Shown: positions 1 to 9,117 of the stretch, in pieces
How the letters are laid out: every line of letters starts with the position of its first letter
Position numbering within the stretch: the stretch's first letter is position 1
From: Halomicronema hongdechloris C2206
GTDB taxonomy: Bacteria; Cyanobacteriota; Cyanobacteriia; Phormidesmidales; Phormidesmidaceae
Reading direction: 5' to 3'
Length of the DNA: 32,000 nucleotides
Assembly: GCF_002075285.3 (NCBI RefSeq)
Contig: NZ_CP021983.2
Location: 3,420,001 to 3,452,000 of the forward strand
Program-made: the position numbers and the translations under genes
Notes under the pieces: generated by a model
Told to the model about the DNA's origin: nothing
What the model saw: only the letters and a program-made list of their open reading frames with translations
Database searches by the model: none

Positions 1-183
1 AGTGCAGGATTCAGGCAACGGGGTTGTGGTCCTCTCTGTGATGCCGTATGTGGTCTTATAGGCAAGGGGACAGGGTGTCATGCCCAGTAACATTCAGGGT
101 GACCATTGAGTACAATCATGGCGATGTGTTTAGGACGTAGATGCTAGTGGCCTTAAGGGCTAGCATTAGCGATATCCATCACC

Positions 184-1635
184 ATGAGCACTGCGTTAAC
201 GCCAGAGGACTCCCTATTTCGGTTAGTTGACCGAGTAGCTACGCATCTGGAGCCAGTATCGGTTCAGAGCCATGGGTTGAAGGCAATTCTACAGTCCTGG
301 TTAGGCTTTCTGGCAGCTCAGTCAGAGGCGGCCATCATCTGGACTAAGCTGCCGCGGGGTAGAGGATGGCAGGAATTGCTGAGCCAATACGGTCATGCTC
401 AACCGCGATCGCATCTATACTGCCTAGATCGACCCAGGCAAGAGGGGGGCAATCGTCCCCAAGTAGCTCCCCCGCAGCTGCGCCTACCTTTACCCGATCG
501 CCGGCTGTGGCGAGGCGAGTATCTGCTGCTCTTCTGCCTGCCGTCTGGGTCTGGGGTTCTGCTGGCCCAGCGCCACCCGCCAGCATCGCAACGGGGACCT
601 CAGGCGGGGGAGGCGACAGCCGCCCAACGGGTAGAGCTACGCGTTGTCAGTTCCCTGCAACCGACTGTGGTCAGCGAGGTCAGAGCCGCCCTGCAGCAAA
701 TGCTTTATACCTGCCTGCAGACCTATCCGGATCACGTCGAGTGGACAGACCTGCTCAGCCATTGGGAGACTGTTTGTCCTCCACCAGCGTCCTCTACTAA
801 CCTAGCCTGGCTAGATCAGTTTCTCTGCTGGCAATGGCAAAAACAGGCGCAGTTAGGCCACCAAGTCTCCCGGTACCGCCGACAGGCCCAATCAGCCACC
901 GACCTCTCCCGGCAAAATGAGTCGCTGATGAGCCAACTGCAACTCAGGGAGGAATTTTGCCATGCCATTGGTCAAGAGCTGCGGACGCCGTTGGCCAATA
1001 TCAAAATGGCCCTGTCTCTGTTGACGTCTTCTAAGTTACCGCCACAACAACAGCAGCGCTACTTGACCTTGATCAGCCACGAATGCGATCGCCAGAGTTC
1101 CGTCATTAACGGAGTATTAGACCTGCTCCAGATCGAGGTCAATGCCCGCCAAGTAACCCCTGCACCAAGCCGGTTAATCGAGACCGTCCCGGCTGTCATC
1201 AGCACCTATCAGCCCCTGGCTGAGGAGAAGGGGATCCGCTTGACCTGTACCATTACCGATGATTTACCGTCCCTGGCCTGTCCAGAGGCTTGGCTGCGCC
1301 AGATCATGATCCATTTAGTCCACAACAGCATCAAATATACCCCCAGTGGTGGTGAAGCCTGGGTGGCAGCCCAGCAGCGGCAAGCTGACAGAGTCGAGGT
1401 GGTGATTCAAGATACTGGCCAGGGCATTGCCCCTAATGAGGTGCCCAAGATCTTTGACCACTTTTACCAGGGGCGGCAGCAACCACCGGATCAGCCTGAA
1501 GGGGCGGGGCTAGGGCTGACCATTGTGCAACAGTTGCTGACCCACTGCGGCGGCACCATTACGGTGAACAGTCATCCGGGTAAAGGCACTACCTTTCGAG
1601 TGTATTTTCCCACCCATGAGGAGCCTGAGCAATAG
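184..1635 (+). CDS. Sensor histidine kinase (HisKA + HATPase_c) with non-canonical H-box
   Basis: 483-aa ORF. H-box-like 'EEFCHAIGQELRTPLANIKMALSLL', N-box 'HNSIKYT', G1 'DTGQGI', F 'FDHFYQG', G2 'GAGLGLTIV'. The residue aligned with the phospho-acceptor His of HELRTPL is Gln (CAA 973..975). Confidence 0.85.
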   Translation: MSTALTPEDSLFRLVDRVATHLEPVSVQSHGLKAILQSWLGFLAAQSEAAIIWTKLPRGRGWQELLSQYGHAQPRSHLYCLDRPRQEGGNRPQVAPPQLRLPLPDRRLWRGEYLLLFCLPSGSGVLLAQRHPPASQRGPQAGEATAAQRVELRVVSSLQPTVVSEVRAALQQMLYTCLQTYPDHVEWTDLLSHWETVCPPPASSTNLAWLDQFLCWQWQKQAQLGHQVSRYRRQAQSATDLSRQNESLMSQLQLREEFCHAIGQELRTPLANIKMALSLLTSSKLPPQQQQRYLTLISHECDRQSSVINGVLDLLQIEVNARQVTPAPSRLIETVPAVISTYQPLAEEKGIRLTCTITDDLPSLACPEAWLRQIMIHLVHNSIKYTPSGGEAWVAAQQRQADRVEVVIQDTGQGIAPNEVPKIFDHFYQGRQQPPDQPEGAGLGLTIVQQLLTHCGGTITVNSHPGKGTTFRVYFPTHEEPEQ

Positions 1636-1654
1636 ACCAATGACCAAGACAGAC

Positions 1655-3271
1655 TTAGAGAGAGCGGCGCTCTAAGGGCAAGAAGACGGTCAACACTTCT
1701 CCCTGTTGTGGCCGTTGCCGCACGATTAGCTTGCCCCCCAAGGCCTGGAATAGGTTCTTCGTGGCCTCCAGGTTAAGGCTGAGGCCCCCGGTTTCGGGCT
1801 GCAGCATCAGCAGATGGCCCAGAGAACGCAGCGGCGGAGACGATGGCTCTAGCTCCGGTTCTAGGGAATGGCCATCTATAGAGGTGGCCTGGAATTTTAG
1901 TTTCAGCTGGTGCCCTGCCAGCACCACCACCAGTTGAATATGGCTCTGGGCTGGCAAACCCTGGACGAAGCGCTCTACCAAGCCTGTGAGCACCTGATTC
2001 AGGAGGGTAGGATCGCTGGTGACCAGGGGCAATTGGGCTGGCAGATCCACCGCCAGGGTTAGGTTATGGCGATTGGCCTGCTGTTGCCACAGAGGAATGG
2101 CGTCTTGAAACAGTTGTCCCAGGGACATGGGAGCCAATGGACATCGACGTTGGCTGGCTTGAGTCTCCAGTTCTAGGGCTCGGAAAATCAGATTGAAGCG
2201 ATCGATCTGCTGGGTGCAGGCTTGATCGATCAACTGTAGCCGCCGCTGAACTGCCTCAGCGATATCCTGTCGCTTTAGTAGGGAGCGGGTCAGGGTGCGA
2301 ATGGTGGTCAATGGGGTACGAATTTCGTGGGCCATGGCCTGCAGTAATTCGGCATCGGCACTGGGGGCCGATGTCGCCGGTGTCTCTTGGTTGGGGGGCC
2401 AGGGTAGGGGGGTATCTGGGCGCCTCTCTAGAGGGGGGCTGGCCATGGGTCCATTGGCTGAGGCGGCAGCAGCCTGGGCGGGCTCCCAGCTAGCCAGACG
2501 GATATCGGCGTCGGTCCGGGGGGCTGAAGGGGTTTCGACGGGCAGATGGGTGAGCAAGAGCCGGCTAAACTGGGCGACCAGTCGATAATCTGGCGCCTGA
2601 AAATCCAGTTCGCCGATCTGGTGGTCTAAGGCCGGTAGGCGTTGGGGGCAGACTTGGGCAATGCGCGATCGCATCTGCTGCCAGATCTGCTCGTTCAAGG
2701 CTGGTGCAAAGGAAAACCGGAAGGCAGGTCCTTGACCCAACACTAGAGACAGACTGAAGTGAGGCATCACCACCAGGCAGAACCGCTCGTTACCCAGGGG
2801 ATCCTCAGGATCTAAGGGCACCAGGCAGGATTTGCCGATCAGGGTGGCCGGGTCCCCCTGGGCAGGCAGCCTGGGCAAGGTCGATAGCCACTGGCGTGGA
2901 ATCAGAATCCAGGGAGACACCCTGGCCAATAGGTGAGCGTCCCGTAGCACTGGCAATGGTCCCGAAATCACCACCCCTGGAGTGGCTTCTGCAGCCGGCG
3001 GCTCCGGGACCGGAGATAGGCTAGTCTGAAGCAATTGATTGACGGCGGCCAGGCTGCCCCACCACTGTGTCTCTGCCTGCAGCCGCTGCTGCACCTGGGG
3101 GCACGACTGCGGCCAGGAAACAGCCCCATCGCCCGCACTATGGTCCGCACTATGCTCTGGAAACAGCCTCCCTAGAGGCTGTTCCTGGTCTAGGATGTTG
3201 CTCAGTGACCTATGGGAGAAACTAGCCACCAAATGGCTCCCTTGCTGTAGGCAGCAACTAAGTTGCGACAC
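1655..3271 (-). CDS. Histidine-kinase-like protein: canonical H-box, degenerate ATP-binding domain
   Basis: 538-aa ORF. 'ELLQAMAHEIRTPLTTIRTLTRSL' is a textbook HisKA H-box. The C-terminal ~130 aa align in position with HATPase_c but lack a recognisable N-box Asn and G1 DxGxG; only a G2-like 'ETGGLSLNL' remains. Convergent with the previous gene; stops are 19 bp apart. Confidence 0.8.
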   Translation of the reverse strand: MSQLSCCLQQGSHLVASFSHRSLSNILDQEQPLGRLFPEHSADHSAGDGAVSWPQSCPQVQQRLQAETQWWGSLAAVNQLLQTSLSPVPEPPAAEATPGVVISGPLPVLRDAHLLARVSPWILIPRQWLSTLPRLPAQGDPATLIGKSCLVPLDPEDPLGNERFCLVVMPHFSLSLVLGQGPAFRFSFAPALNEQIWQQMRSRIAQVCPQRLPALDHQIGELDFQAPDYRLVAQFSRLLLTHLPVETPSAPRTDADIRLASWEPAQAAAASANGPMASPPLERRPDTPLPWPPNQETPATSAPSADAELLQAMAHEIRTPLTTIRTLTRSLLKRQDIAEAVQRRLQLIDQACTQQIDRFNLIFRALELETQASQRRCPLAPMSLGQLFQDAIPLWQQQANRHNLTLAVDLPAQLPLVTSDPTLLNQVLTGLVERFVQGLPAQSHIQLVVVLAGHQLKLKFQATSIDGHSLEPELEPSSPPLRSLGHLLMLQPETGGLSLNLEATKNLFQALGGKLIVRQRPQQGEVLTVFLPLERRSL

Positions 3272-3442
3272 GTTTGTGGCGCAATGACTTAGTTCAAGCT
3301 TACGAACTGACCGTTTCGCAGACTAGGGGTAGAACCGAACGTCGAGGTGCTGGTTTCTGCCGCATTCTCTAGGGGCACCCAGGGCTAGCCCCCCGGATAT
3401 TGGCGACGAGCAGGAAACGGAGGCCCGGCAGCGGCGGTGAGT

Positions 3443-3901
3443 TTAACCGCCCAGTTTCGCTTTCACCATGGCTTGAACCTTGGCCCCATCGGTGCGGCCT
3501 TTGAGTTGCTTCATGGCAGGTCCCATGACTTTGCCCATGTCTTTGGGGGATGAGGCGCCGGTGCTGGCAATGAGGTTATCCACAATGGCTTCTACCTCCG
3601 CGTCGGAGAGCTGGGCCGGTAGGTACTCTTGAATGATGGCCAGCTCTTGGGCCTCGCTGGCGGCTAAGTCTTCCCGGCCAGCTTGCTGGTACTGTTCTAG
3701 GGCATCTTTACGTTGCTTGGCCAGCTGGTTGAGCACGTCGATCTCCTGCTCTTCACTCAACTCTGCTTGCCCCGAGGGGCGCAGGCTGGTCTCTTTTTCC
3801 AGAATCACTTTCTTGATGCTGCGGATGGTCTCTAGCCGCACCTTGTCTTTGGCTTTCATGGCGGCTTTGAGGTCGGTGCTGATGCGGTCTTTAAGGCTCA
3901 T
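3443..3901 (-). CDS. yqeY: GatB/YqeY domain protein
   Basis: 152 aa. 'MSLKDRISTDLKAAMKAKDKVRLETIRSIKKVILEKE...' and 'GKVMGPAMKQLKGRTDGAKV' are typical of the YqeY family. Confidence 0.9.
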   Translation of the reverse strand: MSLKDRISTDLKAAMKAKDKVRLETIRSIKKVILEKETSLRPSGQAELSEEQEIDVLNQLAKQRKDALEQYQQAGREDLAASEAQELAIIQEYLPAQLSDAEVEAIVDNLIASTGASSPKDMGKVMGPAMKQLKGRTDGAKVQAMVKAKLGG

Positions 3902-3997
3902 TGGTGGAAAGGGTGATTGCAGTATTACGCTGCTGCCAGGGCCTCGGCTAGTTCCATACAGCCGGTCCTACACTGGCTAGCTAATTCAATGATGGCA

Positions 3998-5095
3998 TCA
4001 TTGCCGGTTGGGTGATCCCCCCACCGGCTCTAGGGCCTGCTGCACCAAGCTAGCCAACTGCTGAGCACTGTCAGGGATGGCCAAGTCGCTGGCGGCAGCA
4101 GCCATCTTCATCAGCCGGGGGCGATCGTCTAGTAACATCGAGACCTTATCTTGCAGCAGGTTGGCGCTGAGGTCGGCTTGGGGAATGACCATGGCGGCAT
4201 TGGCGGCGGCGAAGGCGGCGGCATTGTAGGCCTGGTGGTCTTCGGCGGCGAAGGGATAGGGAATCAGGATAGCCGGGGTGCCGGTCACACTCAACTCGGT
4301 TAGAGTACCGGCTCCGGCTCGGCTGATGGCTAAATCGGCCCGCAGCAGCAGCGGTGCCATGTCCTCGAAAAAGGGCTGGCGCAGGTAATGCTCATGGACT
4401 AGGCTCTCGGCGTCGGGGTCGTTTTCACCGGTTTGGTGCACCACCCAGATGCCCGCCTTCAACCAGGCCGGGGTGGCTTGCCGCACCAGGCGATTGACAG
4501 CAACGGCTCCCTGGCTGCCGCCAATCACTACGATCAGGGGCACATCCTCGGGGATGCCCAGGGCCGGCCGCGGACTGGCGGCCGCGGCTAGAAATTGCGA
4601 TCGCACCGGCGTCCCCACCACCGTGCACTGGGCCTTGGGCAGATAAGACGAGGCGGCCTCGAAGCCCAGGGCCACCACCGTACACCAAGGGCTAAGCCAA
4701 CGGGTGACCTTGCCGGGCAGGGCATTGGACTCATGCAGAATCGCCGGCAAGCCCAGGGAGCGGGCGGCAATAATGGCTGGCGCCGCAATGTAGCCGCCGG
4801 TGGTTAACACCCCGGCAAATTGGCCTTGGCGCAGTAGTCGCCGCACCTGCAGCACCGACCGGGCCAACTGGGTACACAGCCGCAGGGAGCCCAGGCCCAA
4901 TCGCCCCTGAAACCCGCCGATGCGGACCGTGTGTAACTGGTAACGGCAGGGCACCAAGCGGGTCTCTAGGCGATCGGGTACCCCCAGCCATTCGATCTGG
5001 TATTGAGGCAACTGCTCGGCGGTGGCCAGGGCCGGAAACAAGTGCCCCCCAGTACCACTGGCGGCAATTAACAGGCGAATCGGCGTCTCTGGCAT
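3998..5095 (-). CDS. murG: UDP-N-acetylglucosamine--N-acetylmuramyl-(pentapeptide) pyrophosphoryl-undecaprenol GlcNAc transferase
   Basis: 'IRLLIAASGTGGHLFPALA' N-terminal G-loop and 'GGSQGA' and 'AGAGTLTEL' motifs. I place the start at the internal ATG at 5095 (MPETPIRLL...) rather than the longest ORF start at 5203. Confidence 0.94.
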   Translation of the reverse strand: MPETPIRLLIAASGTGGHLFPALATAEQLPQYQIEWLGVPDRLETRLVPCRYQLHTVRIGGFQGRLGLGSLRLCTQLARSVLQVRRLLRQGQFAGVLTTGGYIAAPAIIAARSLGLPAILHESNALPGKVTRWLSPWCTVVALGFEAASSYLPKAQCTVVGTPVRSQFLAAAASPRPALGIPEDVPLIVVIGGSQGAVAVNRLVRQATPAWLKAGIWVVHQTGENDPDAESLVHEHYLRQPFFEDMAPLLLRADLAISRAGAGTLTELSVTGTPAILIPYPFAAEDHQAYNAAAFAAANAAMVIPQADLSANLLQDKVSMLLDDRPRLMKMAAAASDLAIPDSAQQLASLVQQALEPVGGSPNRQ

Positions 5096-5256
5096 CCTCA
5101 CCGCTGGCGAATAGGTCTGTCTATACGTTCCCACAGGGAGCGACAGCAGGTAAACTGCGTTCTCGACAATGCCTTGACCGTGCCGAGCCCGAGAATTGGC
5201 CAATGGGCGCCATTTCGCGCTACCTTGGTGGTCAGGTCTGGTGGAGAGATAAGACT

Positions 5257-6030
5257 ATGCGGCATCGAATCTGGTCATGGTTGCCAGCCCTAGCGGTGAT
5301 GACTTGGGCCGGGGTCGGCGCCAGGGTGGAGGCAGCTCCGGCTGATACGGCTCCCGCTGATGTCGTGGCCGCCATTGACGCCATGGAAGCGGCCTCGAAT
5401 CAGCAGGATCTAGAAGCCGTGCTGCAGTTCTATGATGAAAGCTTTCGCCACCAGGATGGCTTTGACCGCTCTGAATTGGAAGCCGTCTTGAAGCAGTTTT
5501 GGCAGCACTATACGGCCCTCACCTACGACATCGAACTGGTGAGTTGGGAGTCCACGACCAGTGGCTATGAGACCGAAACCCTCACCCGGGTGGAGGGAAT
5601 CCAGCGGCGCGATGGCCGCCAGTTGACCTTGACGGCTGAGGTGCGATCGCGACAGCGCTTCGAAGCCGGCGCCATCGTCTATCAGGAAGTCTTGTCGGAG
5701 GAGAGCCGTCTCACTGCAGGCAGCAATCCCCCCAACCTGACCCTGAACCTACCCCAGCAGGTGGACCTGGGAGAGCGCTACGAGTTTGACGCCATCGTGG
5801 CCGAGCCGTTAGGGGAGCGGGATCTATTGGGGCGCGCCCTAGATGAGGGAGTAACCAGCGACGACTTCTTCAAGCCTCGGCCCCTGAATCTGAATGTGCT
5901 GGCCGCTGGCGGCCTGTTTAAGATTGGTCAGGCCCCCAGTCAACCCGATGAGCGCTGGATATCAGCCGTGATCGTCCGAGAAGATGGCCTGGTCATCACC
6001 ACCCGTCGCCTGCAAGTCTCAGATAAGTAG
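5257..6030 (+). CDS. Secreted hypothetical protein, NTF2/SnoaL-like N-terminal domain (tentative)
   Basis: Signal-peptide-like 'MRHRIWSWLPALAVMTWAGVGARVEAA', then 'AAIDAMEAASNQQDLEAVLQFYDESFRHQDGF', which resembles DUF4440/SnoaL-like openings. Start chosen at ATG 5257 inside ORF 5203..6030. Confidence 0.6.
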   Translation: MRHRIWSWLPALAVMTWAGVGARVEAAPADTAPADVVAAIDAMEAASNQQDLEAVLQFYDESFRHQDGFDRSELEAVLKQFWQHYTALTYDIELVSWESTTSGYETETLTRVEGIQRRDGRQLTLTAEVRSRQRFEAGAIVYQEVLSEESRLTAGSNPPNLTLNLPQQVDLGERYEFDAIVAEPLGERDLLGRALDEGVTSDDFFKPRPLNLNVLAAGGLFKIGQAPSQPDERWISAVIVREDGLVITTRRLQVSDK

Positions 6031-6038
6031 TGAACTAG

Positions 6039-6166
6039 GACTAGACCTACAAGCGCTAATCAAGCGCTAATGATGAACCGCCAGGGGCTGGTGCTGGGAC
6101 TGGATCTCTAAGAGAGTTCGCAGCTTAGCTTGCTGGTCTGCAATCAGGTCTTCGTCCAGTAACCCC
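6039..6166 (-). pseudogene. Duplicated, diverged 3'-end fragment of the 7014..7310 gene
   Basis: The minus strand reads G-LLDEDLIADQQAKLRTLLEIQSQHQPLAVHH-stop, against QGLLDEDLIADQQAKLRTLLEPHSNHRLLAVHH-stop in the intact gene. About 80% nt identity to 6997..7113, with an extra internal tandem 'caagcgctaat' copy. Confidence 0.75.
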
Positions 6167-6228
6167 CCTCAGCATCGGCACGGTTGCTATATTATCCTGA
6201 CATCACCGGATGCTACGGTTCTCCGCCC

Positions 6229-6882
6229 ATGACCATTACCCTCGCCGCTCCTTTGAACCAAATTGTGCTGTCTCCTGGCAGCGCCATGACGGTGTCGGGA
6301 TTGACCTGGCAACACTATCAGTTGCTCTTAGAAGAACTGGGAGATGATCGGGCGACGCGGTTAACCTATAGCAACGGGGTGTTGGAAATTCGGATGCCCA
6401 GTCAGCTCCACGAAATTATCAATCGGCTGTTGAGCAAAATTATTTTTGCTCTGGCAGAGGAGCTGGAACTGGAGAGTGTGGATCTGGGGTCGACGACCTG
6501 GAATCGTGAGGACCTGGATCAGGGGATTGAGCCGGACAGTTGCTTTTTTATTCAGAATGCGCACCGGGTGCAGGGGATAAACCCTGACATTCCATCGGAT
6601 CTGCCACCAGACTTGGTGGTTGAGGTTGATATTGCCAGTGCTTCCGATCGGAAGTTGGCCATTTACCAGGCCCCTGGTGTACCGGAGTTATGGGTATATG
6701 GCAAGGGCAGGGTTAAGATCTTGGATCTGCGGGGAGAGCAGGTCACAGAAGCAGAGAGAAGTTTAGCATTTCCAGCGATAGCTTCTGAGCAGCTACACGC
6801 ATGGATTGTATTGCGAGAGAGGGAGACTGATCTAATGGTGGTGAAGACCGTAAGACAGTTTTGTAAAACCCTGGGACAGTAG
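6229..6882 (+). CDS. Uma2 family (DUF820) endonuclease
   Basis: 'YSNGVLEIRMPSQLHEII', 'EPDSCFF', 'PDLVVEVDIASASDRKLAIYQAPGVPELWVY' match the PD-(D/E)xK-like Uma2 pattern common in cyanobacteria. Start taken at ATG 6229. Confidence 0.85.
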   Translation: MTITLAAPLNQIVLSPGSAMTVSGLTWQHYQLLLEELGDDRATRLTYSNGVLEIRMPSQLHEIINRLLSKIIFALAEELELESVDLGSTTWNREDLDQGIEPDSCFFIQNAHRVQGINPDIPSDLPPDLVVEVDIASASDRKLAIYQAPGVPELWVYGKGRVKILDLRGEQVTEAERSLAFPAIASEQLHAWIVLRERETDLMVVKTVRQFCKTLGQ

Positions 6883-7013
6883 TATGTACGCCGTATGAAA
6901 TGGTGTTGTCTGTATTGAGTCAGGCAGCCTAGCTATTCTGATATAGCAAACTGACCCAAGCCACTGGGGTGGTGGGCAAAGATGCTGAAGACCACTGACT
7001 AGACCTGCAAATG

Positions 7014-7310
7014 CTAATGATGGACTGCCAGGAGCCGGTGATTAGAATGGGGCTCTAACAGAGTTCGCAGCTTGGCCTGCTGGTCTGCAATCAGATCCTC
7101 ATCCAGTAACCCCTGAACATGGGCCAGGAGATAGTCCACCTCATCCAGCAGTAAGCTCAGCCAGGGATCCGCTTGGGCTTGTTGCAAGATGGCCTCGACC
7201 CGGTCGGCGGCGGCCTCATCCAGACTGGGCTCCATGGCCAGATGCCAGTATTCCCCTAGCAGAGGGCGATAGCGCTGGGTAGCCGCGGCTAGGGCTTCAT
7301 AGTCATACAT
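7014..7310 (-). CDS. Small acidic helical hypothetical protein
   Basis: 98-aa ORF with no recognisable motif. Its 3' end is duplicated at 6039..6166. Confidence 0.55.
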   Translation of the reverse strand: MYDYEALAAATQRYRPLLGEYWHLAMEPSLDEAAADRVEAILQQAQADPWLSLLLDEVDYLLAHVQGLLDEDLIADQQAKLRTLLEPHSNHRLLAVHH

Positions 7311-7355
7311 TTACCGATCGCTCCATCACAACCCTGGATCACACCATAGCGTCAA

Positions 7356-7402
7356 CCAGATAGCTTAGGAAAGAGGTGACGCTAGAGAGACAAGCTATCT
7401 GG
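7356..7402. other. Perfect 11-bp inverted repeat (CCAGATAGCTT / AAGCTATCTGG) with 25-nt spacer
   Basis: Read directly. It lies between the purQ stop (7493) and the start of the 98-aa gene (7310). No U-tract follows on either strand. Confidence 0.5.
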
Positions 7403-7492
7403 CCGGCAATGGCTGTACCGCTTTCGGCGGCTGTCATAGAGAAGTGGTCCTAGGCAGCGGAGTGTGACGGTTTGTCAGGATTTCCTGAACGG

Positions 7493-8188
7493 TTAAGCCA
7501 GCACCATTGCCTGCATCACGCTTTGAAAGAGGGCAAGGCCATCGGTGCCACCCAAGAGGGCATCGGCGGCCCGCTCTGGGTGAGGCATCAGGCCCAGTAC
7601 ATTACCCTGGCGGTTGCAGAGTCCGGCGATGTGGTGCAAGGACCCGTTGGGGTTACTGGCCTCGGTGTGGTCGCCGCTGGGGCTACAGTAGCGAAACATC
7701 ACCTGCCGATTGGCCTCTAGCTGGGCCAGGGTGGCCTCATCGGCGTAGTAGCAGCCTTCTCCGTGGGCAATGGGCAGGGTAATCACCTGGCCGGCTCGAT
7801 ACTGCCGGGTCCAGGGTAAATCGCTGCGTTCTACCGTCAGGGGGATGCGATCGCAGATGAAGTGCAGGTCCCGATTGCGCACCAACGCCCCCGGCAGCAA
7901 CCCCATCTCCGTCAAGATCTGAAAGCCATTGCAGATCCCCAGTACCAACTTGCCCTGCTGGGCCCGGAGGGCAGTGGCTTGCATGGCGGCCGAAAAGCGA
8001 GCAATGGCCCCACAGCGGAGATAATCGCCATAGCTAAAGCCCCCCGGCACCACGATGAGATCCAGCTCCGAGAGGTCGTCCTCTTGGTGCCAGACCATGC
8101 GGGTGGGCTGCTGCAAAATATCGCGCGTCACATAAGCCACATCGCGATCGCAATTAGAGCCAGGAAAAACAATGATGCCGACGTTCAT
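7493..8188 (-). CDS. purQ: Phosphoribosylformylglycinamidine synthase subunit I (glutaminase)
   Basis: 'MNVGIIVFPGSNCDRDVAYV', 'LVLGICNGFQIL' (nucleophile Cys), 'GLMPHPER'. Confidence 0.96.
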   Translation of the reverse strand: MNVGIIVFPGSNCDRDVAYVTRDILQQPTRMVWHQEDDLSELDLIVVPGGFSYGDYLRCGAIARFSAAMQATALRAQQGKLVLGICNGFQILTEMGLLPGALVRNRDLHFICDRIPLTVERSDLPWTRQYRAGQVITLPIAHGEGCYYADEATLAQLEANRQVMFRYCSPSGDHTEASNPNGSLHHIAGLCNRQGNVLGLMPHPERAADALLGGTDGLALFQSVMQAMVLA

Positions 8189-8259
8189 ACCAGATAGATA
8201 GAAGCGGAACAGGGTATAGACAGGGAGCCAACTGGTGAGTCAATGTCCGCCGTGGCGGC

Positions 8260-8523
8260 CTAGACCGTGGCTACGGCGTTGAGGTCAAACCGGTAGGTCT
8301 CGATCACTGGATTGGCCAGTAACTGGTCGCAGATGCGGTCCAACTGCTGGCGTGCCTGCTCGTCGTTGGCGGCGGCCAGGGTCACCTGAATATACTTGCC
8401 AATGCGGACCTGGCTGACCGTGTCATAGCCCATCTGATTCAAACTCGACTGCACTGCGGTGCCTGCCGGATCTAGCACCGAGGGGCGCAGGGTGACATAA
8501 ATTTCGGCCTGATAGGTCTGCAC
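8260..8523 (-). CDS. purS: Phosphoribosylformylglycinamidine synthase subunit PurS
   Basis: 87 aa, 'YQAEIYVTLRPSVLDPAGTAVQSSLNQMGY', directly upstream of purQ. Confidence 0.93.
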   Translation of the reverse strand: MQTYQAEIYVTLRPSVLDPAGTAVQSSLNQMGYDTVSQVRIGKYIQVTLAAANDEQARQQLDRICDQLLANPVIETYRFDLNAVATV

Positions 8524-8665
8524 GGGGACACCGGAAAATGGAGAGCCACTTCATCCTACCGTAGCGATTGCCGTCGGGGCAGCCATCCCACCGGTAATTG
8601 ACCGCTGTATCGGTCAGGGGGCAGGCCAGTAGTTGATAGAATGAAGCCGGTATAGTTTATCCAGT

Positions 8666-9067
8666 ATGCCCGGACGAACCCGCAGCCAAAACCAGGTATT
8701 GGCCGCCCTGAAGCAGCTCGATCAGCCCATTTCTGCCCAGGATCTCTATATGGAGCTACGCAATGGCGGCGGTACCCTCGGCTTAGCAACGGTCTATCGA
8801 GCCCTAGATGCCCTGAAGCTAGAAGGCGCTGTACAGGTGCGCACCCTACCAACCGGGGAGTCTCTCTACAGCTTGCCCCAAGAGGATAGGCACCATCTTA
8901 CCTGCCTGCAGTGCGGTCAATCCATTGCCATCGACGAGTGTCCCGTTCACGACCTGGAGCAGCAGCTGAACCGGGCCCACCACTTTCGCATCTTCTACCA
9001 CACCCTAGAATTCTTCGGCCTCTGCCCTCGCTGTCAGATGGATGCGGCCCAGGCGGCTGGTTCTTGA
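8666..9067 (+). CDS. Fur-family transcriptional regulator (possibly Zur/FurB-like)
   Basis: Winged-helix 'ISAQDLYMELRNGGGTLGLATVYRALDALKLEG', metal-site 'HHLTCLQCG...' and C-terminal 'CPRC'. The subfamily cannot be decided without a search. Confidence 0.85.
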   Translation: MPGRTRSQNQVLAALKQLDQPISAQDLYMELRNGGGTLGLATVYRALDALKLEGAVQVRTLPTGESLYSLPQEDRHHLTCLQCGQSIAIDECPVHDLEQQLNRAHHFRIFYHTLEFFGLCPRCQMDAAQAAGS

Positions 9068-9079
9068 CGTGTATAGCAA

Positions 9080-9117
9080 AAGGCAGAAGGCAGAAGGCAG
9101 AAGGCAGAAGGCAGAAG
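9080..9117. repeat. Heptamer tandem repeat (AAGGCAG) x ~5.4
   Basis: Read directly: aaggcagaaggcagaaggcagaaggcagaaggcagaag. STRR-like cyanobacterial short tandem repeat. Confidence 0.95.

Noticed and set aside
111-116. TACAAT as the -10 for the first kinase gene.
   Set aside because: There is no matching -35 at correct spacing, and the window edge limits the context.
3272-3442. Possible SRP/4.5S-like or other ncRNA in the 170-bp gap between the kinase-like gene and yqeY (contains gagcaggaaacgg and ggtgctggtttctgccg).
   Set aside because: I could not find the conserved domain IV motifs or a convincing long helix by hand. This needs an Infernal scan and is not claimed.
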